Part shown: positions 22,538 through 35,087 of the stretch, one piece after another | Layout of the letters: each line of letters begins with the position of its first letter | How positions within the stretch are numbered: the first letter of the stretch is position 1 | NCBI GenBank assembly: GCA_964658305.1 | Contig: OZ210885.1 | Location: 12,152,001-12,216,000, forward strand | Source: Leptogorgia sarmentosa | Taxonomy: Eukaryota | Direction: 5' to 3' | DNA length: 64,000 nucleotides | Made by a program: the position numbers and the translations under genes | The notes under the pieces: generated by a model | Told to the model about the DNA's origin: nothing | The model's database searches: none | The model's input: only the letters and a program-made list of their open reading frames with translations

Positions 22538-23727
22538 GAGTTATATAGCTAAATTTTGTGGCAATGTTGTTGCCATTTGCAATTCTTAAGTTTTAAAGCT
22601 TGCTCACAAAAGCGTTTGACTGAATGACTGTGTCGAGAAACGTTTCAAAGTATACCGTTTGAACGGCTTCACGAAAACGTTTTTCAAACCGTTAAAATTT
22701 TTGGGATTTTCCGTTAAATTTTTTTGCCGGTATCGTTCGAACGTTTTGAAAGATCGTTGAAACGTTTACACAAAGCGTTTGCTATCCGTTCGTTTACCGT
22801 TTGTTTTGCCGTTTCAACGAAAAATCGTTAACGTATGAAATCTCATGGAAGGTCACATTTAGACTTAGTATTGAAATTATTTTTGAACTTAGGTTGTTTT
22901 CATTTGTATATATTGTTTCAGTTAATTACAATTTACTCGTATTAAATATCGGACAATACGATTGTGTTTTTTATTTTAATCCTTTGACAAATGTCGCTCG
23001 ACAGCACGAAAGTACTTGGACATCCCTTGAAAGGCGCGTTTCGAGAAAACACTATTCCTATTCAAGCCTTTTCCCAAGAGACGTCCTAACATTTTTCCGA
23101 AACAAGGCAATCTTGGTTGGCAGTTCCATTGGCTATTTCACACCCGCACTCCTCACCACGACTGCATTCATTCTGGTGAACAATGATACGAAGGACTAAC
23201 CACCATCCAAAAAGATCACGGAAATGGAGAACAACGAATTCTTTCATGCAGTTGAAGGATGCAGTGAGGCCGGAGATGTTGGATTTCCTCTTTGAAAGCC
23301 GGGCGGATGCACGGTCAGCGGCTTGGAGGTCAGTAGGACAAAAATATTGTGTGCATTTGACGCCGAAACTTGTCATATTTAAATACTATTAATTAATGGA
23401 TGGTAAACTTCTATATATTAGAAATGAACAATCGTTTGAGTTTACAACAAAAAGATATCATCAGCCATCACTCCATGCAAGATCTATATAGTTCACCGTA
23501 TTTGTCAAAAGTATGTCGCTAATTTGCATGTCTTCACCCTTAAAGGTTTTAAGGCCACTTTACGATTTATAGCTACCAATTGTGCTAAAATTTTAAATAC
23601 TACGATCAAAAATACTTTCTAATAGCATGCAATAGAAAACTCAACAAATGCTGGATTGTTCAATGTGATCGCGGAAAGAAAAATATATTCATTTACATTC
23701 GAGTATGTGTATTTTCCTGTTTTTTAG

Positions 23728-24000
23728 GCAAATGAGATGAAAAACTCGATGTTAAAACCCGTTCGAGTCGACGCCGGATTAGGAAATCCTCCGATGGAGT
23801 TCAAGAATAATGATTCCGAATCCGCCAATTTTATGATCAAGCATGATCTCAATTTTAATGCAAGCAAGCTCCACGAGTTTGTGGAGAAGATAAAGAAAAT
23901 CATACAGACAAAACAGCAAAACGAGGAACGTGCTGTGTTTGGAAGAGGTCCATATCGAGTATAAGAAAGGAATTGTAACATTTAACTGTGGATGACACGA
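23728..24000 (+). pseudogene. Transposase remnant (MULE-like C-terminal catalytic region)
   Basis: GLGNPP..FKNNDSESANFMIK...ERAVFGRGPYRV* resembles the N-x-x-E-S-x-N region of Mutator-like transposases; stop codon follows. Confidence 0.45.
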
Positions 24001-24870
24001 GAAAGGAAGTTTAGTATTGATATGCATTACAGATGCTGGTTTTGGTGTTTTAAACGCAGCTTTATAACTGAATTGTGACTGAATTCAAATTTCAACTGCT
24101 TGATCTCACAGGTTTTGTGAGAAATTGAGCCAAGATCCCAAAAGCGTCAGTTATTATCCAACCATGTTTTCAAGTTGTTAATGAGCCCCATCCTTTTTAT
24201 TTTGCAATTCGTGTAAAGCGGAAAACGTTCGATTGAAATGATTAAGCGCTGTGAGAGTGGCGTAATGTTACAGTATGTCCTAGGTAAACGGGAGATAAAA
24301 ACTGCATTTCATTTTCAAAGCTTGAATTATGTTCCTGGAGCTTATACATCTCAAATTTTGTATATAAAATTTGTATACATCTCAAATTTTGTAAATTTTA
24401 AAGCTACGAGGGCCTTGCCCTGGTAAGAGAAAAATTCAATATATTCGCCTTAGTTGGAAGTTTTGAGTATTTTTTACACGTTTGAATCGGAGCATTCTTT
24501 CCGTATTATAGTAAATTCGACTTAGCCGATCATAACACACGTCTATAATCGCCGAGTTGCAAAAATTGAACGTACGCTCAGCTATAGTAAGATGGATTAG
24601 AGCCTTCCTCACGTTCGTATCCGCGTAACTATCCTAATGTAAGCTTAAACGAGATCCCAGTCTCGAAAAGAAACTAATAATTTTTAATACTGAAAAAACT
24701 GTGTGCATCTCAACAATAATACTATGTATTACTCCTAATGTAACCTTAAACGAGATCCCAGTCTCGAAACAACTTATTAACTGAGTACGCTATGGCCCAC
24801 ACTATGCGTGGCAAACGAGGATCTAATTTCTCAATACACGGACAAAAGATAGGAGGAACTGGGACGTCAG

Positions 24871-25358
24871 GTTTCAGTCAAGCACCTCAACCTGACAACA
24901 GAAGCACGCAGCAAGGTTGGAAATAAAGACCACCGCCTTAGCGTTACCCCCTAGAGGGCCCCGCAAACAGGCACGAACACGAAGAGTACTGCTTCCTAAA
25001 TCAAGGCAAAACGATGCACGAACGAATGACGAACACGTACGGAATTCACAACACTTCTTCAACTCTTCGATTCTTCAACTCTTCGATTCTTCAACTCTTC
25101 GATTCTTCAACTCTTCGATTCTTCAACTCTTCGATTCTTCAACTCTTCAACTCTTCGATTCTTCAAGTCTTATTGTCTTCGATTCTTCGAGTCCCATTGT
25201 CTTCGATTCTTCGAGTCCTATTGTCTTCGATTCTTCGAGTCCTATTGTCTTCGATTCTTCAATTCTTCGCCCGGAGGCGATTGACTTGCAATTTCGAGCC
25301 ATATTTTAACAGAGAAAAGCGACCTTAAGATTACGGGACGTGGCCGCCCGGAAGGTAA
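24871..25358 (-). repeat. Uninterrupted inverted copy of the split repeat, with 16-bp and 24-bp minisatellite (25055-25268)
   Basis: Contains, contiguously, the segments found at 15941-16094 and 21439-21681. Confidence 0.85.
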
Positions 25359-26744
25359 TATTCAATTTTCAGTTTATAGCGCATGCGTGATTTCACGTCG
25401 TCGACGTTTTTATCACTAGCTTTGTTCTTTCATGGAATGGCTCAATCAACTAAAACTATACATCGCTTCACAGATGATACAACAGAAGAGTAGTTTTATA
25501 ACAATCTTATTGTCATTATTTTTTAAAACGTTTTTTAGTGATAATCTTAATGCGAAGAATTTAGCGCTCGGGATCTGAACAAACATCACTTTTTGAAACC
25601 AACGTGGTTGTTTTATCTCCAGGGAGACGACGTTGCCGGCGAACTTTCTCTTCCCCGCTTTTATCATGCGCTCGCTCACCTAGCTGCCCGGTAGCACTCT
25701 TTCACGACCGGTGCGTGAGTGCGGAAATGGTAGCCAGCAGTCACACATAGAGATCAGAAGGAGACTCGGACTGCGCTTCGGTTGTTTGTGTCAAAAGGGA
25801 GACGCAAAGGTGGCATGTTCGTTTGAGAAATGTTTGGCATGTTCATTCAGACAATGTGTATTTACTAGCAGTTTGTATGTATGTATGCAGTTGTCAGCCC
25901 ATACAGTGTCCCGAAAAATGTTAATTAGATCCAACTTTATTTCATTTTACTTCTCTTATTTATAATCCCTGTCGCTTTGCATTATCTTTGGCTTAGTTAG
26001 ATAAATATAGTGCCAAGTTTGACAGCTCACAGATGCAGGGACTTCGGCCCTTGCTACTTGCTGATTATCTATCGACACATTTGCGTTTTGTTTTTATGTC
26101 CATTGACATAATACTGTTTTACCTACAATGTATATTACGATACGTAATTATAGTCCGACTTCGTATCATCATATCACGTGAAAGATATATTTCCGAAGCT
26201 TTTCAAAAACTGGCCAATATTACATTACTGAATTAGTCTATCTTCGTATCATAAAAAAATCTTCCCAGGTTTTTATAAGTGGTGAAATATATATCCCGTA
26301 TACGAAATCCACTGTTCAATTATTCACCACGTAATAATTAATGTCGAAATCTATCTTATTATCTTTTAGCCCCCAAATATATTTCGAAAGTTTTGTTTCA
26401 TTTGAGTAGCTTTTGTGGTTAAAAGACGTAATGTGGTTTCCATATCGCGTTTTAAATGTGCTTGCTGCCATGCCTATGTAGTGTTTTAAGCTGCTTGTGT
26501 TTGTGCAGGTGACACGCTATATGGAGGTCTGCATGGGGGTATTCTCCCCCAGAAAATTTTTGAAGTTGCAAAGCCTGGGATGGCATTTACGGCTATTTCA
26601 GCGACAAAATTAATGACAACGAATTAGTGTTTGGTTCACCTGTAGTGAATGACTAAAATCACCACAAAATTAAGGTAAATACACGAGGCAAAAATATCTT
26701 CAAGTATTTTTAATTTCAAGATAGAGATATAAATATGTCACATA

Positions 26745-27175
26745 TATTTTATGTTGTTATATAGTTGGTGTCAAAGTTCAATTTTCCTGTTTGCTGATTG
26801 GCTAAAACCGTATCACGTGCCGGTCCACATAACGTCATGTTCGCCAACCGGTCAAAAATCAAAAAATTATTGACCGGGCAACAATTAAATGGGCATAATG
26901 CGCATGCGCGTCAACCGTGAAGTCCAAAGTTCATTGTCCCATTTAATGTCTGTTTTTCGGTTTCAAAGTTCACTCCAGTATTAAACCGGTGAATTCATTC
27001 ATATTTTGACACTAAACTATATAACAACTATGACACTAAACTATATAAACCTCGAGAAACATTGTGTTTTGTGGCCCCTCGACCGCCATTGTTGACCTTG
27101 GCTTCGCCTCGGGCAACAACGACGGTCTCGGGTCCACAAAACACAATGTTTCCCTCGGTCTCAGTAAATAAGGTA
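26745..27175. mobile_element. Non-autonomous element with inverted ends and long 3' hairpin (Crypton-like)
   Basis: GTTGTTATATAGTTGGTGTCAAA / TTTGACACTAAACTATATAACAAC; hairpin AAACATTGTGTTTTGTGG...CCACAAAACACAATGTTT. Confidence 0.45.
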
Positions 27176-27345
27176 GTGTTAATTATTTACCGGCTAAGAC
27201 ATCCTGCAGCCATTACACCACAGAACCTTAGCACGTCAATATTTCCCTATTGTTTCAACTTTCCAAGTTTCGTTGATAGCGAAAGGCATCTCTTCAAACG
27301 ATGTGGATGTTTACTAAAAAGAAATTATATTGTCAGCACGTCACA

Positions 27346-27427
27346 GGTAGCGTGGCCGAGTGGTCTAAGGCGCTGGTTTTAGGCACCAGTCATTTCGATG
27401 ACGTGGGTTCGAATCCCACCGCTGCCA
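27346..27427 (+). tRNA. tRNA-Leu(TAG)
   Basis: GGTAGCGTGGCCGAGTGGTCTAAGGCGCTGGTTTTAGGCACCAGTCATTTCGATGACGTGGGTTCGAATCCCACCGCTGCCA. Confidence 0.9.
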
Positions 27428-27814
27428 AACTTTCGTTGTTCACAAGCTAGTTCACGTTTCTTATCCATGTTTTGGGAAAACTCATAATTTCATCCAATTA
27501 ATTAATATTTTCTGAATTCACCCTTTTTTTCTGCAAAATTATTTGATTACCCCAAACTTTTTCATCATGAACAGACTTTTCGCATTGGTTTCAAAATTCT
27601 CGATTACTTTTTACTCCTTCTTAAACTTTCTCGTTAAAGAAATTTTAAAACAGAGTATCGCTTTTCTAACTAATATCAGAAATTCACCTTCGCATTATAT
27701 AATTGTTCTTTCTCAATAGTTTTTCCAACTAACTATGAGATCCAAAATGGACAGCACAGGAGAAATGTAGAAAATTGGCTACTTGTACAAAGTTTCTGAT
27801 GTCCTGTTGAATCT

Positions 27815-27886
27815 ATGTTCGGCGGAGACGTGAACTCGCAGCGCAGAATTCAGAGTCCAAAGTGCCAGCCATTAAGCCACAGAACC
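27815..27886 (-). pseudogene. tRNA-Gln(CTG) pseudogene
   Basis: Degenerate paralogue of 11730-11801 with shared flanks. Confidence 0.65.
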
Positions 27887-28657
27887 TTAACACGATCGTG
27901 ACAATGTTTCCCAATTGTTTAACGTTTCTTCCTTTTTTGACAGCAAAAGGGATCCCTTCAAAGGACGTGGATATTTCGATGACGTGGGTTCGACTCCCAA
28001 CGCTGCCAAATTTTCGTTGTTTATGGCTGTATTGAGCTGATATTAGTTTTAAAACGTGATGCTTCTTTTCTATAATTTGTTAAAACTCATAATTTAACCC
28101 ACAACGGAAGAAAGTAAAATTAATATATTCTAATTTTACCCTCGTTTGCTTGCTGACGCGATTAATATATCTAATTCGAGCAAAGGAAAAACTATTCGAA
28201 TGGCTGAAAAACGTACGAATTTCCGTAATATTGGAAAGACTATACTATTTGGTCATTGACAGAGTTTTTGCATTGGTTTCTATCCCTTAGTATCCCTTTA
28301 GTAACTATAATAACAAGCTCAACTTGTCATTAATCTCTCTCTTGGATCAATTTGATTCGAATAACTCTGAATTGCAACATGGATGGTGTAAGGGGAAGGC
28401 AATAAAATTCGCTGCATTACAAAATATTCAAAAATAGGCTCTGGCGAAACTTGCACGTTTCTCTTCACATGTCACAAATAATTCACAAATTGTCACTCCC
28501 ATGGTGTGGTTCTCTGGTTTGAATCCAGCGTTTTTGCCGCCATGGCCTGGGTTCGATTCGCGGCATTGGAATACTTTCTCAAAATTTGAATTTGAAATAG
28601 TTTCTGTTCACATCTTCAAACTCATTCTCTGAAAACAAACCAGTTTGACAATATCGC

Positions 28658-28720
28658 AACCTTGTGGCGTAATTGGTAGCCCGTCTGACTCCAGATCAGA
28701 ACGTTAAGTGTTCAATTCAA
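28658..28720 (+). pseudogene. tRNA-Trp(CCA) truncated copy
   Basis: Paralogue of 9254-9326 lacking the 3' acceptor strand. Confidence 0.65.
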
Positions 28721-28823
28721 CGACTTGTGGCCACGTTGACACGTTGTCTCTCGAAATTTTCTTCGAAATTAAAATTAAAAATATTATCGTTATTTTCACA
28801 TTCCTAGAAAAGATAAATGTTTC

Positions 28824-28895
28824 TCCCATGTTGTCCAGTGGTCAGGATCTGGCGCTCTCACGGCCAAGGCCCGGGTTTGATTCCCGGCATGGGAA
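28824..28895 (+). tRNA. tRNA-Glu(CTC), possibly degenerate
   Basis: Paralogue of 9423-9494 with long shared flanks. Confidence 0.6.
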
Positions 28896-29183
28896 TAATA
28901 TTTGCGAGAGAAGGAAAAAAAATGTGCAATTCGAGAAATTAGCAAAACCATTGCTATTATACTAGCTCTATCCCTCTTACCCGTTCTTTTGGTGTTTTCT
29001 GTATTTAAGTCTTTGTTGACATGTCTTGCTTTTTCACAAAAAAATTGATTTTGCCGATCATGTTTAAAGTGTAACAATTTCCTAAAACATACTCTTATCT
29101 ATCATTTGAAAGTGTTTGGTGAAAATGATCGGCATCCTGAATTGTGGAATATGAACATTATAACGAAAAAATTGGGCAACTAT

Positions 29184-30261
29184 GCGTTGGTGGTTCAGTG
29201 GTAGAATAATCACCTGCCATGAGGGAGACTAGCCTCCTCCGCAGGCATCTCTTGTCTCTGATCTCTTCTTGTCTCTGATCTCTATGTACTAACTGTAGTG
29301 GGGGCGGGGAAAAAATTCGGAGAAATGCCTGCCATAAATCGACACAATTACTTGCACTGCGCATACCGGCTCGCGCATACAAATCATTACTGTGGGGGAG
29401 ACAAAAAGGCAACATTGAAGTAATTTGTCGGCTTTGTCATTTGATATACTTTTTCTTTGGGAGTGGGGAGAGGCTATTTTGTTATCAAAATGCTAATGCG
29501 AAAGCTGAAAGAGAGAAAAATATAATTGAGAAAATATCGAATCTCCCCGCGTTTGATCCATTAAATGCAAACAGTTTTCACGCTAGTTGTGAAGAAGAAG
29601 GCCTAAATGTCTCCGTTCAAGCAAATTGTTTACGAGAGGCAGCAATTAAAATGGGATTACTGTTCGTTGAGTTGAGCGCTTTACGGAATATGTCGGAGTC
29701 AAAAAACGTTGTAGTTATCGACTCCAAATTGCAAATTAAAGAGTTGTATGACGTTAAGATAAGCAACGGGGAAGTATTTGTGGAATTAATTCAAGTCTTA
29801 GACCGAAAAGAAGAAGAGAACGATACGATGGACGTGATCAACGATGCATCTGTGTTTTTAAATTTTGCGTATCCCTCAGCTTCACTTGTATTGCGGATTG
29901 TCTCTTTCTCACATCCTGTACAACGCTACGGTAATCTTTGCTAGCAATCGCCAAGGAACTTTTCTTGTAAATTGGAATCTTTGAAGCCATCAGGAAAACA
30001 CTGCCTTCGCTCTTCGATCGAATCCGACAAACTGAATTTATAATTAGCTAGGACGCAAAAAGCTACTTAGGGGACCCTGCTCCCGTATGACGTCCAATGA
30101 GGTGCCATCAGACGTCCACTTTGTTCGATTTATGGCAGGCATCTCTCCCGATTTTTTTTCGCCTTCCCCGACACAGCTAACCCTAGCCGAATGTTAAAAA
30201 CGCTAGAGATGCCTGCGGAGGAGGCTAGAGGGAGACCGGGTTTCGATTCCCCGCTAACGCA
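29184..30261 (+). pseudogene. tRNA-Gly(GCC) split by a 998-bp transposon
   Basis: 5' half GCGTTGGTGGTTCAGTGGTAGAAT..CTGCCATGAGGGAGAC; 3' half GAGGGAGACCGGGTTTCGATTCCCCGCTAACGCA. Confidence 0.85.
29230..30227. mobile_element. Non-autonomous DNA transposon with TAG...CTA termini and 9-bp TSD (AcademH-like)
   Basis: Perfect TIR TAGCCTCCTCCGCAGGCATCTCT; exact TSD GAGGGAGAC. Family assignment rests on termini and TSD only. Confidence 0.75.
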
Positions 30262-30648
30262 GATTATTTTCATTTTTTCATCCATTTTATTCCCAAGCAA
30301 CCTTGGGCCTACAATCATATTCATAAGTAGTTGGGACACAAGTGGTCTTAGGACATCAGTGGTATTGTGCAAATAATTAAAAGCCTTATTAACACCCCTC
30401 CTCCACCCCATTCAATGTTGTTTTTCCAATACATACATGATTGTACGTAAAAACTAAGTGGCAACTATAACACAACATTGCATTGGGGGCAAGGGTGATT
30501 GACGATTCAGAAAATGATGCGTATTTGGGGAATCTGTCCCAACACATCTAAAAGTGATTGTACGTCCCACGCGGTCACCTCAGAGTGTAGGTCAGTTGGA
30601 GATGTCAATGTTTAGTTCAACAACGCGAAACTTGTTGGTGGTAGCAAC

Positions 30649-30730
30649 GTAGTCGTGGCCGAGCGGTTAAGGCGACAGTCTCGAAATCTGTTGAGAGTTT
30701 CCCGCGCAGGTTCAAATCTTGCCGAATACG
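30649..30730 (+). tRNA. tRNA-Ser(CGA), degenerate
   Basis: Ser body with several stem mismatches; downstream flank shared with 13911 and 9923. Confidence 0.55.
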
Positions 30731-31037
30731 TCATGCAAAGTCTTCAACATTTTGGCCTCGAATGTAAACACGATTTTTTGGCGGAAAAAACTCTAGGAGA
30801 GGAAGTTCTGTTCTCGGTGGTGGTGGCTGATTGTTTAAAGCACAGATTCAAGGTCCACGTTTTCCATCCACAAAATCAACGGAAAGAAGTCGCGTTTTTT
30901 ATTGATTTAAGGTTAATATGAAACATGACAGAAAAAATTTTGTATTTTAATGTAAAATTGAAAAACAGAGGTCCGTGAATTGATTATAGCTGCGTTTGAA
31001 AGTATATGTACGTAATTAACCTGTAGTAGACTACACA

Positions 31038-31109
31038 GGGAGTGTAGCTCAGTGGTAGAGCATTCGACTGCAGATCGAGAGGTCGGTGGTTCAAACCCGC
31101 CCGCTCCTT
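31038..31109 (+). tRNA. tRNA-Cys(GCA)
   Basis: Paralogue of 14290-14361. Confidence 0.85.
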
Positions 31110-31320
31110 TTTATCTTAGCTATAAACTGGAAAACTTTCAAATTCAATAAAGGGGCCTGAAGCGAAATATACGACCCACATACTAAGATTCGTGTTAAAT
31201 ATATCCACTAATACTTGAAAACGATTAGTCCTGCTGTTAATTACTAAAATATTTTGTTGGGTTTTACTGCAAGATTGAAGATTTATTCATATCGAAGTGC
31301 AAGCCAATACTAATGTCAAT

Positions 31321-31402
31321 GTAGTCGTGGCCGAGTGGTTAAGGCGACAGACTCGAAATCTGTTGGGAAATTCCCGCGCAGGTTCAAATCCTGCCGACTA
31401 CG
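31321..31402 (+). tRNA. tRNA-Ser(CGA)
   Basis: Intact; differs from Ser(TGA) at 10373 only at the wobble base. Confidence 0.9.
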
Positions 31403-32206
31403 ATCGCATGTCGCTCCGTACGGCGCAGTCTTTCTAATCTGTATCAACAGCATTATTTCCACTGATAAATTTTAGTCTGGGTTTGCTCATTCAATGATTT
31501 CTAAGCACCCGATCTTTTCATAAACTTGCCAGCGTATAAAGCATACAATTCAACGTATACATATTAATGATTGTACTATTGAAGAAGGAAATATTTTGGA
31601 CGTTTTTCCTTCTTGTGAACACGAATCCATAAGAATAACTGGGAAATATTTGATTTAAATTGCTTGCAATAGACCTATTTTTGCTCCTGTCAAATAATTA
31701 ACATGGATTATTAGAATCGCGTAGAAATTTTTTTCTACTATCAAAAACGGTTAATCTCGGGAATTCCTGAGAAAGAAAAATCTGACCGATGCTCGAGCCA
31801 CTTTCGTCACGGTCAGGATCCGCGCCTGAGACGTCAATGGGTGGTCGTATACAAAGTTTTCAAATTTTCAAAACTAACGACATTATTATCTTTGAACAAA
31901 CCTTCATCTTTTCCAAAATGTTTTATTGTAATATTGGTGCATAATAACGAGTTATTCACATTTTTCGTGGTCCCTTGGTCGTGTCTGCGTGGGATAGTAC
32001 TGGTGACTAGTTGCCATTCTCGCTGCCAGAGCCAAGATGGCGGTTTAAAAGGTGTTCGTTTTGTGCGCGAAGCATGTCTAGCGTGCACGAACCTCTAAAC
32101 CGCCAAGATTTAACCTCAATCAGTTGTGTGAGGACATCATAAAGTCTCATGATCACGATCCCTGTCACGCAAAGAATCGTCGTGATATAATGCCACGTAA
32201 AAGAGC

Positions 32207-32784
32207 CAGTCCCGGATTAACCACGTGGCAGATGCGGCATATGCCGCGGGCCCCGCGCTTACAGGGGCCCCGCTCTTCGATAGGCCACGCCCTTTTCTGG
32301 AAAATGATACTCCCATTGTGGTTTGTGGTTCACATTTGGGGCCCTTCGTGATTTGCCTATTTGCCCCCCAAGTATGTCGATTCCTCCCGTGTTTCGCACA
32401 ACAATTTAATTTGGGGCCCTCCGTTTGCACATCAACTTGGGCCCCCCTGGTTTGCTTGTCAATTTGGGGCCCTTGTACGTCGCGCATTTACACTTAATTT
32501 AATACTCACTGTTCGCGTATTTGTGGCCTTCGCGGTGAAACAACACTCTGAAATGGCAGTTTCCGGCGATCTAGAGGCTCTAAATTCTCAAAATTTTCTC
32601 GCTCGACGCCAACCATGGTGGCGTCTCGTGAGACTCGGCCTCCCCAAATTCCAAAACGTTCCCACAACCCAGAAATTGCGCTAATGCTGTGATATGCCCA
32701 GACAAATATAATTCAACAAATATGTGTGAGGGGCCCCGCGCTGAACATCTGCCACAGGCCCCGCGCGATGTTAATCCGGCCCTG
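32207..32784. mobile_element. hAT-type MITE
   Basis: CAGTCCCGGATTAAC / GTTAATCCGGCCCTG; exact 8-bp TSD AAAAGAGC; GGGCCCC subterminal motifs. Confidence 0.85.
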
Positions 32785-35087
32785 AAAAGAGCGACAATTG
32801 GTCGTGCTTGTGTGGTTTGGGAGGCTGATTGTTAAATCGTCTTGAAGCACGAAAAATATTTGCAATTTTACTTCAGACATGTAAGTTGTATGTGTCTAAG
32901 TAGGCTCTGGCGTTCGGATATGTTTGGCAGTCTAGGGGGAGTCTAATTCCCTCTTTCTGCCCACCGGCCACATCAGCTCGCCAAATTTTCTACATCTACC
33001 CATAATGCACTACGGTCACACTACGGTCGTTGTTTGAATTTAAATATACTTAATATTCCGAATTCAACCGTTTTTCAACGGTTTTGTAATGGCGGTGTCT
33101 AAACTGAATATATTGGTCAATTTCCGCATACGCTTCAACGTTTTTGACCAATATTTACCGGTGATTTTCAGGGGAATTCGTTGCTACTGTGTAATGAAGG
33201 AAGTGAAATAGCTTTGAGAAGGCAAAATTCATGAAAAACATGCTCTCATGGACTTCAGCGGCGAAAGTATTCATGATATTTGAAAGCCGAATTAATACAT
33301 GATATCATGTACATTAAGTGAAATATACATGAATGTACCGTCTGGTAAATACTACTTGTACTAAATGATCTCATTTGTCTTACCAAATCATTACCATTTG
33401 TGTACGGATAATTTTTGTATGCAAACATGTTATCATGAGGCATTTATTAAACGTTTAACTTTATCAAAATTTTAAATGCCTTTTTCTCAAAACACCGAAA
33501 ATCCAATTGCGTGCAGGATATCTCAAGAAGTATTTAACCTATTCATTCAAACTTTCAGTGTAGCTTCTGTGTTGCATTCTCTTGGGGATGAACTAGAATC
33601 ATCAAAATATCTAGTATAACATTAAAGTTGTGATAGTCAGTACCATACCAATAATATCTATTTTCAATATTTTGTCCGTAAAAAAATTATTTTTGCCTCA
33701 ATCACCATAGTTCTAGTTCATCCCCAAGAGCATGTGCTATACTATTAAACAAAAGTTATTTTAGGTTTTTATCATTCATACTTCTTCAGATATCATGTTT
33801 ACAAATATGTCAATTTTTCACCACTGGGGGGTAATTAACATGGTAACCATGGCAACAGTAACTTTGACAAACATTTTTTTATCTTAGTGGTACCATGCCC
33901 TAATAACTGACCAAAGATGAACATCATAGCATTAAAACACAAGAAAATTTTTTTTTGAGTATTGGACCCCCAAAATATTTTCCCCACATACCCTGGCCTC
34001 AAAATGTGTAGACATAATTTGACAGCTGTTCTTCTCTTGCCGACAGAGGCAACATTGAGGGGGGTGCAACACCCCCCCCCCCCCCCCCCCCGCATCCCTT
34101 CTTCGCTACGTCCCTGGTATCATCAACAGTTACCCACAGATTCTCTCTGTCCATGCATAAACATGAAACACAACCCAGTATACTTGAGGTGCTTGAAGTG
34201 ATTACATTTAAAAAGCCTAACTAATATTTTTTGACGGATTAATCAAGACGACTATTTTTTCCAAGTTTCATAATCTCAGCGAAATGTGTACTAATCAACA
34301 AAAAATTGGCTGAAGGCCAACAACATTTTTTCCTTTCAATATTTCAGCAGAGCAAAATCTTGGGCAAACATAGCAGTTTAACATTTCTTCAAATTAGCTT
34401 CAAATTGACCATGAAGGAATTTTTATTACAAAATATTAAGTATATCTTCCCAAAATAAAACACTGCATGTGATGAATATCTGAATGCGGATATATCACCC
34501 GCCTCGTACGTCCATGAACCTTTTCAAACTACCCTACTTCAGTGAACCTTAACACCAAAGAAAAGAAACGTTCCCTCGGTTTTCTTTTCAGAATAACATG
34601 CAGATGTTGTGGGAAAAGTGTTGCAGAAAGCTACATTATGCCCAGTAGAGAGATTTGCCAACATATTGATCACCGCTATCGGTCCTTTTTAAAACCTTCG
34701 ACTTCCATACATATTGGGATTTGATGCAAAGAACATATAGCTGGAACTGATAATTGTTATTAATAATAATATTTTAATAATATTTTCATTGATTAATATA
34801 TTGATCTTTGAAGTTCTTACATCACACGGTCTTTCCACGCATGTGAATACTTTAAATTTAATATTCCAACATGTTCCCCAGATTGAGCCCAGATTTTAAA
34901 TTTAATATTCCAACATGTTTCCCAGATTGCATTGCGATTCATTGTTTTGACACTGGTGTGAGTGACATGGCAACAATTCAAAGGTCTATTATAATTTTAA
35001 AATATAAAAATATCGTAGAATATTTAAATTAATCTATTTTATCGTAGAATATTTGAATTAATCTGATCAGTGTTACATGGATCCATT

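Noticed and set aside
24917..25328. ORFs with repeated FDSS/SSIL peptides
   Set aside because: Translations of a minisatellite.
34500..34724. Possible Kolobok-like transposase fragment (LGFLFRITCRCC)
   Set aside because: Only a CxxC-type resemblance; too short to support.
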